A DNA stretch of 64,000 bases from positions 76,694,001 to 76,758,000 of the forward strand of contig OX597820.1 in assembly GCA_951406725.2 (NCBI GenBank). Reading direction: 5' to 3'. This document shows, piece by piece, positions 28,055-41,464 of the stretch. Position 1 is the first letter of the stretch; each line of letters begins with the position of its first letter. The stretch comes from Octopus vulgaris (Eukaryota). A model generated the notes under the pieces. That model was not told where the DNA came from. It saw nothing but the letters and a program-made list of their open reading frames with translations, and ran no database searches. The position numbers and the translations under genes were made by a program.

Positions 28055-28341
28055 TAAGTGATGATTATTTTAATGAGTTGAATTAAAAGAAAATGTTAGA
28101 CATAATACTTACTAACTTATACTTATTTACTATAATACTTACTAACTAATACTTACTTACTATTTCTATATATCTAGAGAAATTATTTAGTTCATCTTGA
28201 TTACTTCCCTTCCATTATTTTTTAATATATCTTATTGACTCCTAATATATGTACTAAATTAATAATGTTTTTTTCCACGGTAAGTAAGTTTTATGTCTAA
28301 TATTTTCTTTTAATTCAACTCATTAAAATAATCACCACTTA
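28055..28341. repeat. About 62-bp inverted repeats around a 160-bp AT-rich spacer
   Basis: TAAGTGATGATTATTTTAATGAGTTGAATTAAAAG... at 28055-28116; reverse complement at 28280-28341. Confidence 0.85.
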
Positions 28342-29539
28342 CTAGGTAATTATGATTATATATTAATGGAGATGGATATATATATATATATATTAATATG
28401 AAATGATTTCTATATTTTTTATCCCTATATTAGATTCCCAATATAAGATAATAATGTTTACTGAAATCATTTTGAAAATCGTCTAAAGTATATTTACTTA
28501 AATTTCTTAATATGAAATCTGGATTTCAAATTGGTAGTAGACATTAAAACATCTAGTGCATTAATAGTATATCTTCCCCTACCCCTCTAACTCCAACATA
28601 CCAGCTTTTTGCTTAGTGCATTCAAATGTACCTTGGCTGCGTTCATCTGAAAAAGAATAGATTTATTGGTTTTGACATTTGTTCTATCTCTTCCTATATC
28701 TATAAATAGAAAAATTCTATCCAACGAAAAATCCCCCTCCCTACTGATAGATCTAAATAACAAAGTTAAAATCTACAGTAAGAGAGTAGATTTAATACTA
28801 TTATGTTCTTAAGAATGAAACCAACCTCTCTGTCTGTATATCTACCCTCTTTATAATAATGTTGGCAAACGAAATAGGGATAAGAATGCGCATTGTCCGT
28901 TTGATTGAAAAGTCTCTAAAGGTGGCTGAAGATTGCCCGACATATTAAAACTGATGTAATGCTTACCGTGTTTAATAAAATGAAGTAGCATGAAACGATC
29001 GTACCACATTACCTCGGATATACTTGTTGCTTATTTTGATTACATATATATATATAAATATATACACGTGCACACACAATTATATATGCATATGTATGTA
29101 TATATCTGTATGCATAACGAACATGGTTTCGTAACATTTGTCACCATTGTAGCATCACGTAATTCTTCTAAGAAAATAGACATGTTCATCATCTAATTCA
29201 ATGCGATTCTATATTTGATGGCGTAACATTCGTGCTTCAGCAACAGAGTTGATATTTAGAGAGAAACAGATGAAAAAGGCGATTTAGATTAGAAGAAAAT
29301 GAGATTGAAATACATGGAAAGAGTTTTATTTACCATTATCTATTCTCTTTTGTTCTTTTTCATACGACGTTTCTGTAATTTCGCAAAGTTGTAAAGATTC
29401 TTATGGCATGCATCCCCTCCACACACACAGAGATACAAACACACGTAAGTAAGTAATGTTCGAAAAGATAATTAGGTACAAAGTCATATACACACACATG
29501 TATGTATGAGTAAGTATATACATACTTATAATTATATAA

Positions 29540-29571
<32 letters not shown>

Positions 29572-29734
29572 ACACACATATATATATATATATACATAGA
29601 TATGTAAAACCCTGGTACACCATAATAGCCGCAACTTATATGTGATCAGAGATTTTGAAAGAAAAGAGGCTTTGGGATTTTAAACTTTTGTGAATTACTG
29701 CATATACACACAGTCACTGCTGCGCCTACATAAA

Positions 29735-29747
29735 TACATATATACAT

Positions 29748-29799
<52 letters not shown>

Positions 29800-29956
29800 G
29801 TAAATATATATGTATATATATATATGTATATATATATATGTATATATATATATATGTATATATATATATGTATATATATGTATATATATGTATATATATA
29901 TATGTATATATATATGTATATATGTATATATATGTATATATATGTATATATATATG

Positions 29957-29988
<32 letters not shown>

Positions 29989-29990
29989 TA
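29735..29990. repeat. (TA)n with periodic G interruptions; representative of many (TA)n/(TG)n/(CA)n tracts across the window
   Basis: Direct inspection; similar tracts at about 130-350, 1320-1790, 5000-5440, 22135-22250, 24340-24510, 39980-40140, 47330-47600. Confidence 0.97.
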
Positions 29991-30170
29991 AATACCCTTT
30001 CAGTTTTTCCTTGTTTCGCTCAATTGACTGCGGCCATGCTGGAGCACCATCTATACTCGAACAAATTGACCCCAGGACTCACTCCTTGTGAGCCTGGTAC
30101 TTATTCTATCGGTTTCTATTGCCGAAACACTAACAGAGACACAAAGGCACACACACACAAATATACATAC

Positions 30171-30257
<87 letters not shown>

Positions 30258-30395
30258 AATAATAATAATAATAATAATAGGGAATAAATCCAAACTTACA
30301 GGGAAAAATTAGATTTAGGATTAAATCCAATTTTATAGTATAAATATATTATATTATATTATATTAAATTAGAGATAAAACCACTATTAGGCAAA

Positions 30396-30543
30396 TCAAA
30401 CAGTGAAAAACATAAGTCAATACATAGAATTAATTAAAAAATATAAAAGTTAAAAATAAAAAATTATTTAAATAATTTTTTATTTTTTACTTTTATATCT
30501 TTAAATTAATTCTATGTATTGACTTATGTTTTTCACTGTTTGA
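30396..30543. repeat. 148-bp loopless palindrome
   Basis: 74-bp arms centred at 30469/30470, few mismatches. Confidence 0.92.
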
Positions 30544-30547
30544 GTTG

Positions 30548-31310
30548 CCTAGAGACCTGGGAGTAACAGTGGACAACAACATAAGCTGGGCTACACATAT
30601 AAGCAGCAAAGTTGACATGGCCCGCAGAATGTGTTCCTGGATTCTCAGAACCTTCCAGTCGAGAGATTCCCACGCTATTATCCTTCTCTTCTCCACTTTT
30701 GCCCGACCCCACCTTGAATACTGCTGTCCGCTGTGGTCTCCCTACACAAAACAAAATATTATGAGAATTGAAGCCCCCAAAGGTCAATCACAAAAAAGAT
30801 AGATGGCATGTCAGACCTTGACTACTGGGGTAGACTAGAGAAGCTGAAATTGTATTCACTCCAACGACGCCGTGAACGCTACATTATCTGCATGATGTGG
30901 AAAATATTCCATCAGCACTGTCCGAATGATGTTGGCATCACCTTCAAAATGCATCCAAGGCTTGGACCACGTGCCATCCGTCCACAACAAAAATCTAAAT
31001 CGCATCACATAACGACAATACGGCACAACTATTTCACCTCAATTGGACCCGCTCTCTTCAACATTACACCAGGACACGCCAAAAAAGAAACTGACCACAC
31101 AAAATTCAAGAAGTCTTTGGACAAATTCCTTCAAACAGTACCGGACAAACCACCCACACCCGGATATGTCTCCGCAAACAATAACTCTCTGCTCGAATGG
31201 GCCTTGGTGCCCAAATCCTGAACTGAAAGACTTCGCCAGGTGGTGCTATTAAGTTAGACATGGCCTGGGCCAATACTGGCCAAAAACCTTTCTAAGTTAT
31301 TCTAAGTTAT
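30548..31310 (+). mobile_element. 5'-truncated CR1-group LINE (related subfamily), one frameshift
   Basis: RDLGVTVDNNISW...RPHLEYCCPLWSP...LYSLQRRRERY...NSLLEW. Same 3'UTR motif CAGGTGGTGCTATTAAGTTAGACATGGCCTGG and TCTAAGTTA tail. Confidence 0.93.
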
Positions 31311-32409
31311 ATATATATATACGACGGGCTTGTTTTAGTTTCCGTCTACCAAGGCTTTGGTCGGCCCGATGCTATAGTAGAAGACACTCGCCGAAGGTGC
31401 AGCGCCGTGGGACTGAACCCGGAACTAATTGGGAAGCAAGTTCCGTACCACACAGCTAATTGCAGAAAATGCAGAGTTGGTAAAGATGTAAATTAATTTA
31501 TTTACACAGTTCCAAGGTAAAACCTGAACACAAATAATTTTTTAAAACCTTAGTACTTTCTATTCTAGCGTACATATAAATGCATAATTTCAAGAATTGG
31601 ATTAAATCCATTGTTGAGTATCACTTATCATTTTGAAAAATTTAGGGTAGAATCTCTTCAGTGTTTCTTGCTTGTTTGTTTTGTTTTGTTTTGTTTTTTT
31701 AAATGAAGATTACATGCTTATGAAAGGGAATGAACATACTAGGAAGAAAGGAAATATTTATCTTATATATATATATGTTAAGAATATCATACAAAAAATA
31801 TAAATTTATAATAATAATAATAAAGATAAAATTAATTAAATATAAAAATGCAAAGATAAAAAGATGTAAAATTTATGAAAAGATAATACAATAAAAATGT
31901 ATTAGTAAATACAAATAAAAATGTATTATAATCAGAAAGATAAAATAAAAACAAATAGTAATAAATATGTAATACAAATAAATAAGTAAAAATAAAAACG
32001 TTATCTATCTAAATTACTATCGGTTTACATAGACAATGTAAATTCTTGACCAAAGTGTCAATAACCATAAAACCCTGTCGTATCAAGTTTATCGATCTAT
32101 GTATATTAGTGTATAGTCAAGTTTGATTTGTATAACCGTGGAGAAATACCTCTTTTCATATTTTTATATACATCCATATAGACTTTAAGCGTATGTATTT
32201 GTATTTGTTTATATTGTAGCTATATGTACTTATATATGAGTGTGTTTGCTTTTATATATACGTGAAAATATACTTATATATATGTTATTCGATAACTTAA
32301 TAAAGTAAAGGAATTAAATTAATATGTTAGAAAAAATTATACACATTAAACTTATATTTAATAACTCTTATGTATGTATGCATATATCAAATCTTATATC
32401 TAGAAATAT

Positions 32410-33200
32410 TTAGAGAAAAGCTGTTGATGTGCATATAGACAAGCTAAAAACTCTCTAATTCCGAGAATTAAAGAATTTGCACTTGGAAGATAATATTAAG
32501 TAAATCTCTTCTGTACAAAGTTGACACATCTTGTCGTTCGAACGATAAGATTTCACATGGATCAGAATTTTCCATTTAATTTTAAAACTTTTATTACTAT
32601 CTTTTAAATTCCAAATGAATTTACCAAAACTCCCGTTGTTAATTTTAAGACGGTTATTAAGGCTATTCTCATGATTAGCAATTCTACTCTTCATAAAAAT
32701 TCAGTGGTCCCGATATAGAAATGATTCATACCTTCAGATTCCACAATAGACTGGTATACCCTTTTCCTCCGTTTACAGAAATAATTAAATTTACAGTTTG
32801 CTTATTTCTTACAATCACAAAAATTGTTTTCATCTGCTTTAACCTTTACTAAAATATGGGATTTCCTGTTGGTTATTTCCCTTCTACTATTTAAACTAAG
32901 GTTTCTACTGTTTCTCATGGCAGATTTATTAGATTTTCTAGTCGATGAAGAACGATAAATTTTACGATTCTCGAAAAAATAATCCAATTTAGAATTATTT
33001 ATTGAAGATATTATATGAAATAAATTTTTCGATACACAGAAACTAAATCTAATAACTTTTCGACTAATAATTTCACTCTATTTTTTGTTAGTAAAGTGCT
33101 TGCTTATTAATAATCTCCGCAAAAATTTAATTAGTTCTTTTTTTAAAAGGAATAATTAGCCAAATAATATTTTCGTTTATATAATTCGGGGTATGATAAT
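32410..33200 (-). mobile_element. Penelope-like element remnant, Cys linker plus GIY-YIG endonuclease (Neptune-type)
   Basis: CDCKK..C...VYQ..FYIGTT..KSRIANHENS..FIWNLKD..IKWKIL..CQLCTEE..I..NSRN. Confidence 0.85.
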
Positions 33201-33629
33201 TCTCATAATTTTTTTTGTGGATTTTACATAAAGTATATATTTCTTAGTTTCGTTCATTTGTGTACTATAATTTCCATTATTATTAACAGATTTCAAATAA
33301 CTGTACTGGTCATTAATTGTATTATTGCGATATTCCTTATTTTGATTATAACTAGTGGATTCAGGGTTAGACTTTAATGTAAGATATATCTCGATTTTTC
33401 TTGTAATTATTATTAAATTGCTCACGTGGATTTTGGTTAAATTTAGTATTTTGTTTAAATTTATCCATATTTACAATTCTGCTTATGTTATGATCATCCG
33501 TGTTTATGACATTTATATTCTGTTCACTATTACTGTATTTATATTTTGTTTATATATTTGCATTTATATTTTGTTTACTATTATTAATTTCTTTTATATT
33601 TTATATTTTAATTAGATACGATTCCCTAA

Positions 33630-34690
33630 TACATTATTTACATCTATCCGATCTATTACTGAACGGGGGAGCGCTGGCAATTATGAACCATGATAGATCA
33701 TACGTTAAATGTCTACCTCTAAGGTAACTCACAAATGTCGCAAAAGTGGTGGATGTATTGCATTTAGGGTTTGTGAAAGAATTCATATGGGATTTATATC
33801 TCCTTTTGAAGTCGGTCATGCTCCCAATATATACTTTCAATTGGCCATTAAATACAGTAACCACCGATTTCTAGAAAACGTTGTACCGGCGACATGAGCC
33901 TGTAAGTGGATAGGTGCAATGGACCCTACAATTACATAGTTTATTGGATGTAACGCTAGACTGGGTTTTCTTATTTTTATTCTTATTCTCATCCGTATGA
34001 TTATTAATAATATTACTCATACTGATACTCTTATTTTTGGCAACTGATTTCAAAATTATATTTTTATTATTATCATTATTATCCTTAGCCATACACTTAA
34101 TTCTCTTTCCACCCAATCCAGTACACAAGGTATTGTTATTAGCTAGAGTATTATGCTTATGAGTAACACGTTTAAAATTCTCCTATATATTGAGGCTATT
34201 GTAATTACTAAATTGAGCATTAGAGTATATAAAAATTTTACAGAGTATCCGTTGCTTATAGAATAATATTTAAGGTGTTTAGGGAAATTTGATTCTAGAA
34301 TTATTTTAAAGTAAATTGTAGGTAAATTTCTAACCCTGAGTAAAAGGGGAGGGATACACCAGACAACCACACGTATTCTAGGTTTAGAATTGCTGGTTAT
34401 ATTAGGATTTTCAGGGTAGACGGTTTATAGTTATATTTGTTACTATTATTATAATGTATATGGTTTTTCGAGCTAAACCCTTTAAATTGCAGTTGGTTAG
34501 TGCTAAGGCCGCTAAAGTGGTGGATGCCTTGCATTTAGGTTTACCCCAAATCTACGGAATTTTCAGTTTCATTTTTTAATTTTGTATTTGGTATATAATA
34601 AATGCTTTTATCAAATCCGCTTAATTTCAAGGATTTGTTATAAAACAGTGCGTGTTGTTTAAAGACATCTTCGTTATATATACATGCATG
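33630..34690 (-). mobile_element. Second Penelope-like (Neptune-type) remnant: RT thumb, Cys linker, GIY-YIG
   Basis: NEDVFKQHALFYNKSLKLSGF, VVWCIPP, LCNCRVHCTYPLTGSC, KVYIGSMTDFKRRYKSHMNSF, W.II..A.PF..RC. Confidence 0.85.
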
Positions 34691-35221
34691 TATACTTACG
34701 ACCAGCAGATGTTAACATAAATCTGAAGATCAGTGAAGAAGAGAAACCTACGTTAACTATTGAGAAATCTGCACTTACTGTGTCCAGGCTACAAGTTCAG
34801 GTTTTTACCTGTAATTATTGAGGCCTAGGGATATGCAACACACTACCTAATCTTGAGTAATTAGGTTTCTCAAAACCAGAAAGGAGAAAATAATTCGAAG
34901 ACTACAGATACAATTCATCACTGGAACTGTAAGTATCTGTAAAACTTTCCAGAAGTTTCTCATCTAAATATATTTGAGCAGATCTAAATATGCAACTATA
35001 TGCATCAGAATACTTACATAATTAAAACATACAAGTCGGCAAATATACATACACACTGATATTGTTGTTCAAATTCCAATGAATGAGCCTTGGAATTTGG
35101 TTAGAGACCGGCTCTTTCTCCATTGGCAAGAAATCTTGAACTAAAATTGAATAATGACATACATACACACATGCATATATATGTACATATTCACACGCAC
35201 AAACAGATGCATACACGAACA

Positions 35222-35314
<93 letters not shown>

Positions 35315-35667
35315 CTTCTATTATGGAAAAGTGTGGTAAGACCCAGACTTTCCTTGTTCAGAAAATGAAAAAAATAGTTTCACCACTGCATATTATTAGG
35401 TGAATAAAATCGTAACTCCGTGCGTGTATGATATTTTCAGTCGGAAATATTGTTGCAAAACTGTCGCATGTGGAACTTAATACACTTTTGAAAAATGCTA
35501 AACCATTGTACTACACTTTGACAATTTTCATATTTTAGTATCTGAGGCAGTTGACCAAAATAAGCAAAAGTAAATATTGAAAAACAAAACCGCATTTGGC
35601 CAAATTTGGACATAAAATTTAACATACTAGTAACAATATTTATATAATAGCAACGATATATATATAG

Positions 35668-36060
35668 CGCAGGAGTGGCTATGTGGTAAGTAACTTACTT
35701 ATCAACCACGTGGTTCCTAGTTCATTCCGTTGGGCAAATGTATTCTACTATAGCGTCGGACCGACGAAAGCCTTGTGAATGGATTTGGTAGACGGAAACT
35801 GAAAGAAGCCTATCGTATATATATATATGTATATAGATGTGTGTGTGTGTGTGCATATTTATGCGCGTCTCTGTTTGTCCACTCACCTACCATGGCTTGA
35901 CCACCGATGGTGGTGTGTTTACGTCCCCTTACCTTAGAGGCAAAAGAGTCCGATAGATTAAGTACTACGCTTACAAACAAATAGCTCTGGGGTCGATTTG
36001 TTCGATTAACAGGCGGTGCTCCAGCACAGCGGCAGTCAAAGTATTGAAATTAATAAAAGA
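35668..36060 (+). mobile_element. tRNA-derived SINE family B (CORE-like) with internal (TA)n/(TG)n
   Basis: GGAGTGGCTATGTGGTAAG..GGTTCC..TTGGGCAAATG..GGATTTGGTAGACGGAAACTGAAAGAAGCC, microsatellite, then GTGTTTACGTCCCC..GGCGGTGCTCCAGCA tail. Confidence 0.85.
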
Positions 36061-36233
36061 AAAGAAAAAAGAAGAATATGTATATATATATATATATATA
36101 TACATACATTCTTTTTCTTTTATTATATATATATATTAATAAATTTTAGGGTAACAAAAAAATTCTAGAAAAATTCTCCGCTACCAGCGGTCAAGCGAGG
36201 AGGAGAAAATAGTCAATAGACTATATAATATAC

Positions 36234-36444
36234 ATTTACACACAAAAGAGATGGCCATAAGAGGACATCTGACTCACTAGAAAGAGCAGTTAAACTCCAA
36301 ACCACTAATAGTTGTAATTCTGAAATGGAAAGAGAAATAAAAACGTTTCTCTTTCCATTTCAGAATTACAACTATTAGTGGATTGGAGTTTAACTGCTCT
36401 TTCTAGTGAGTCAGATGTCCTATTATGGCCATCTCTTATGTGTT

Positions 36445-36449
<5 letters not shown>
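36234..36449. repeat. 216-bp hairpin (104-bp arms, 8-nt loop)
   Basis: AAGAGATGGCCATAA..GGAAAGAGAAA taaaaacg TTTCTCTTTCC..TTATGGCCATCTCTT. Confidence 0.93.
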
Positions 36450-36506
<57 letters not shown>

Positions 36507-36994
36507 TATATTGTTCTACATATATTTAGAAATACGATATACACATTTCTATAATGATATAACTGTAAAAGTTCCGTACTTAAGATATACGTAGATTTAT
36601 ATATTATTTCAAAAATATTATTTCAGTACAAGACCACTTTAGCAGGATGCATATGTAGCAATTCTAATGTATATGGATATCATGAGCTTTTTGTGTATAT
36701 AGCTACATAGACACGCAAACAGATAAACATACACATATATATGCAATCGTAATTACATATATATAGGAGTGTATAGAACTATGTGTTTCAAAAAATGCTT
36801 GAACATGTGTCCACTTGTGTTGTGGTAAAACATAATAATCCTTGTCCATTCGTTTTGCTTCACATACTTGTACATAATATTTCTCCTTATGTGATTTTTA
36901 AAACAGAAATTCCATTCCGAAAGAGCTTCTCTGTAATATAAATAAATACATAGATTTTTGTGTGTGGGTGGAGCGCCTGTGTAAATGGATATAA

Positions 36995-37150
36995 AGTTGA
37001 AGTTTATAGAGAAACAAAAGACGAAGACAGGTGTATGAACAACAAGCAAGTGTATTATTTTGACGCTTGGGAAAATGAAAAAAGTATTTTACGTTTCAAA
37101 CCTACGCTCTTCGGGAGGAAGGAATAAGAGAAAATAAACAGAGAAAAGGA
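36995..37150 (-). mobile_element. Decayed second copy of the 1431-1598 family
   Basis: Shares gaagaca-ggtgt-aacaacaa-gtatt-acgct-ggaa-tacgtttc-ccta-ctcttc-agagaaaa blocks with 1431-1598; the hammerhead core is mutated. Confidence 0.55.
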
Positions 37151-37300
37151 AAAATAAACATTTAGATTTCAGCATTCCAGCATGGCGAATGGACCGCTGA
37201 AATCTAGAAGTTATTTTCATTCTCTCTCTCTGTTTAATATTATCCGCAGCTTATTATTGTTCTTATTTTATGTACCGTGTGAAGATTAATGTGAAATTAC

Positions 37301-37346
37301 TGCACAGCGATGAAGGCTTACCTGGCTGAAACTTCGAAGTCACTGC
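37301..37346 (+). ncRNA. Degenerate hammerhead motif
   Basis: CGATGA (CTGATGA lacking T)-a-GGCTtacctGGCT-GAAA-CTTCGAAG-TC-actgc; 10-nt palindromic stem III ACTTCGAAGT. Confidence 0.5.
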
Positions 37347-37406
37347 CAATAATATTTTTGCTTCAATAAATATGTGTGTGTGTGTGTGTGTTATTTGTTT
37401 GTGTAC

Positions 37407-37463
<57 letters not shown>

Positions 37464-38214
37464 GATACAATATTTACACAAACAAATGTGTGTCTGCGTG
37501 TTTATGTATCTATGCATACAGTTAGTAGTTTGCACGTATTATAACTAATCTAATGTGAGGTAATCCTTCTATAATACATTTTGCATTATCGACATGAAGC
37601 TATCGGCGCTCCTTTCCATATTATTTGATTTGTCACCCACACAAGTAAAATAATTGTAAATGGTGGCTTGAAAGTAATAACAACAGCGTTCTTCACACTC
37701 ACACACACGCGCATTCACAAACACCTGCATTCACACATGCGCGCTTATAAATGTGTGCGTGTGTGTCTGTATGCATATATGTTGTCATAACTTCCTTATG
37801 TTCTTGCAACTTCCGATAGTTTTGGGCCATTATCGATACAAAAAGAAAAATTAAATTCATTTACAAAACAGAATATTTAACAAATTTTTATATACTCTTC
37901 CTGTTTTGTTCTACAAATTAGATTTGTGTAATTTTCTTTCTAATATATTACGAGATAAATGGGTATGTTGCCGCATATTAAACGAGAGGAATTGGTTCAT
38001 ATATACAGAAAAAAAGGTAAGTTGCGTAAGATTGTCTTTAGATATGTTTAAAGGAAGGTGCGAGAAAAATTGATTTTCAGGAAGGTGATCATAATTATAG
38101 AATGTTACCCAAACGAACGATAATCAAATACAACAACCAATCTCAGAATGATGCGTACGCGTTTGTGTGTGGGAGGATGTGTTTGTGCGCATGCGTGTGT
38201 GTTGTTGTTTGTAG

Positions 38215-38385
38215 TAATTCTTTTATTCTTTTACCTCTTTCAGTCATTTTACTGCAGCCATGCTGGAGCACCGCCTTTTGTCGAACAAATCGACACCAGG
38301 ACTTATTCTTTGTAAAACTACTACTTATTCTATCGGTAGCATTTGTGAAGTGATGGTGTAGGGAGTAACACATAAAAATAAATAC
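38215..38385 (-). mobile_element. SINE family B tail
   Basis: TTTCAGTCATTTTACTGCAGCCATGCTGGAGCACCGCC..ACTTATTCTATCGG. Confidence 0.8.
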
Positions 38386-39082
38386 ATACATATATATGTG
38401 TATATATCTATAAGCACATATACATATATACATACATGCATATATATATACATAATACTCTATTGAATTAAGTACTCAAGCATTAAGTCAGACAAGTATT
38501 ATCCGCATAACTTCAAGGTGAATAAAATCTTATTTTGATATATATATATATAACCCGCAAGATGTTCCTGTTTGATTACTATCGCAAACAGCAGTAGCTT
38601 TTTTCAACCGAATACACGTCGTTGATTGATTGATATTACCAAAATACGACAATTTTAACACGAAATAACTTCTAAAATATCAAATTTTGCCTAAAACGTT
38701 CAGAGTAAACCGTGTTCTATGTGAGGATTTCTACCAGTATTCGAAGTTTTAAACTGTTTATTTAAAACAAAAATTAATTTAAAAATCTGTGATTGAGATG
38801 GAATAAATCCCATTCAATGTAGTGATAAAAATTCCACAAGTATTATTACGTTTACATAATGGTCAGGCAGAAGCAGTGTGACAAAAGGCCCAATAAGGCT
38901 GTAATGATGAATTGTCGCATTCCTGTTTCCATCTATCCATATTTGATCACAACGTATGGGTCGATCCGACGGTATAGAATATGACACATATTCCTTGTGG
39001 AATCGAAACCTCATGTTGATTGGTACCAAGCGAAATTCTTGCACTTTAGTTCCTATCTACACACATATGTACATACAGGCAT

Positions 39083-39098
39083 AGATATATAGATATAC

Positions 39099-39183
<85 letters not shown>

Positions 39184-39338
39184 CTTACATACATACATAT
39201 ATACAGACAGACAGACAAATAGGCAGGCAGATAAACAGATAGATAGATAGATAAATAGACAGATAAATAAATAAATAGACAGATAGATAAATAAATAGAC
39301 AGATAGATAATAGATAGATAGATAGATAGATAGATAGT

Positions 39339-39393
<55 letters not shown>

Positions 39394-39410
39394 ATTGATT
39401 GATAGACAGA
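39083..39410. repeat. (ATAG)n microsatellite
   Basis: Long GATA run with variants; another at 44281-44373. Confidence 0.98.
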
Positions 39411-39976
39411 TCTCCGTTATGCATAACGATATTGATAACCTGCTGCTAGATCTCAGTATACATGTGCATCAATATACGAAGTTTGCCGAAGACATAGCGT
39501 GTTACGAAATAAAATAAATGAAAGAGGAACAAGCAATAATGAAATGAGCATCATTACCGAACAGTTCTTTCTGCTATAACATGCACCATTAGAGCTGAGT
39601 GCTTGTGAACAAACGCTTAGCTCTGAGTGCACCCACCGTGTATGCTTTCCATGTAAAATGCAAGAAGTGCAAGCTCTCCTCACGAGCCGTTTTGCATTGG
39701 CTTCATTGCCCCTCCCCCATCCATTATCATAGAATATTCTTTTGCTATATCTTCAGGGGTGAAAAAATATACCTGTTGATGTTTTATATGTGTTTATGGA
39801 TTCATTATAGCAGACTGAAGATATTATTCTCAGGTCGAATAAATTTAATATTTACTTAATATTTACTGAGCATTAATTGAAACAGCTGTAAGGGATGATT
39901 CATTTGATTTTAATAACAAATAATTATTAATTGCCAATCTCTATTTTTTTCTTCTTTTATATGAATATAACCTATG

Positions 39977-40039
<63 letters not shown>

Positions 40040-40064
40040 GTATATGATTGTGTATGTATATATT

Positions 40065-40119
<55 letters not shown>

Positions 40120-41414
40120 ATGATTGTGTATGTATATATTTGTACATATAGAGAATATATAACATAACATAGTATAACACATTATATTATATTATAAGGA
40201 GAGACAGAGAAAGTGAAACAAGACAGAGAAACTACTATTAATATCAGTTGAACGGATGAATCCGTATTCATCATCCACCTTTGAATATTTCTTCCAACGT
40301 TTAAGAGAAATGTTGTACATTTCTGATTTCAAATCACTGCAGTTGAATAATCGCTCTTGAACAAATAGTTATTACTTTTGTCTTAGAAGGCACACTGACT
40401 AAGTGATTGAAAGAATAGCTGGATTTCTTCTTAACACTGCTGGACTCACATTAATTCTGTATCTGCAAAGTTCATTTTTTTCCCTCTTGTTACATGGCAC
40501 ACCGATTTACAACATTCAATTACATATTCTGTTTTACTTTTAAGAACGGCGTATAACTACAGTTTGTTAATATGTATTTGGTTATAGAATGCATACATCC
40601 AAGCATATTATTGTAACTAGATCCATCAATGTCATGAAGACAATAGTCATTTTATTGACATTAATTTTCCTTTTTTGCCTTTTGTTAACATATCCTATTA
40701 CAGAAACATTAATTCCGTAGAGGATCGTATTAATCTGGAGAGAAAAAAAAAAGCATTCCTTTTTTTTTCTTCTGGAACATAATGAATATTTAATTGATTC
40801 AGAAGCAAGATATAGCTTTCCAACTGAAATAAACCAGTCGGTCAGAAACTAGAAACGGTCAGTAAACTAGAGAGTACGATTGATTGTATATCAATCACGG
40901 AGGTATATTTGCTTTGCGCAATACACAAATATAGTGTTTTTGTTGCCATGTTTTCTTTTCTTTCCTCTACAAAGGATCAAATCAAGAAAAAGCGCGTGGT
41001 TAATAGATTTTGAGCCAAACAGGAAATTAAATTTTTATAAATTGTCAAGGATATTGCTGTTTTCTAACTCTGTATTGAAAAGGAATTACTTATAAGCTTA
41101 TCTAAGCATTAATGCATACACTAGAGATATCCCTAAAATCTATCTATCTATCTACCTACCTACCTATATATGGATACATGTATACGCACACAAGCATGCA
41201 CACGCGCACCCTCCTACACACACATACAAGCACGCACCTGTATATATGTACATACATATATGTGTGTGAGAGAGAGAGAGAGAGAGAGGGAGAGAGAGGG
41301 AGCGAGACAGCCACTCAGAAAGGGTGAGTGAAAGAATTCGTGAGGGAGAGATGTTGATATAGCAAGCACAAGCATAAAACAGATGGTCATATATATGTGT
41401 ATATATACATATGT

Positions 41415-41464
<50 letters not shown>

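Larger units (their letters stand above)
29995..31460 (-). mobile_element. SINE family B split by nested insertions
   Basis: Tail 29995-30140 and head 31320-31460, separated by (TA)n, an AT-rich palindromic element and a CR1-group LINE. Confidence 0.75.

Noticed and set aside
34695-34940. Open coding-like stretch PADVNINLKISEEEKPTL with nearby splice-like motifs
   Set aside because: No homology recognised and no consistent exon boundaries on either strand.
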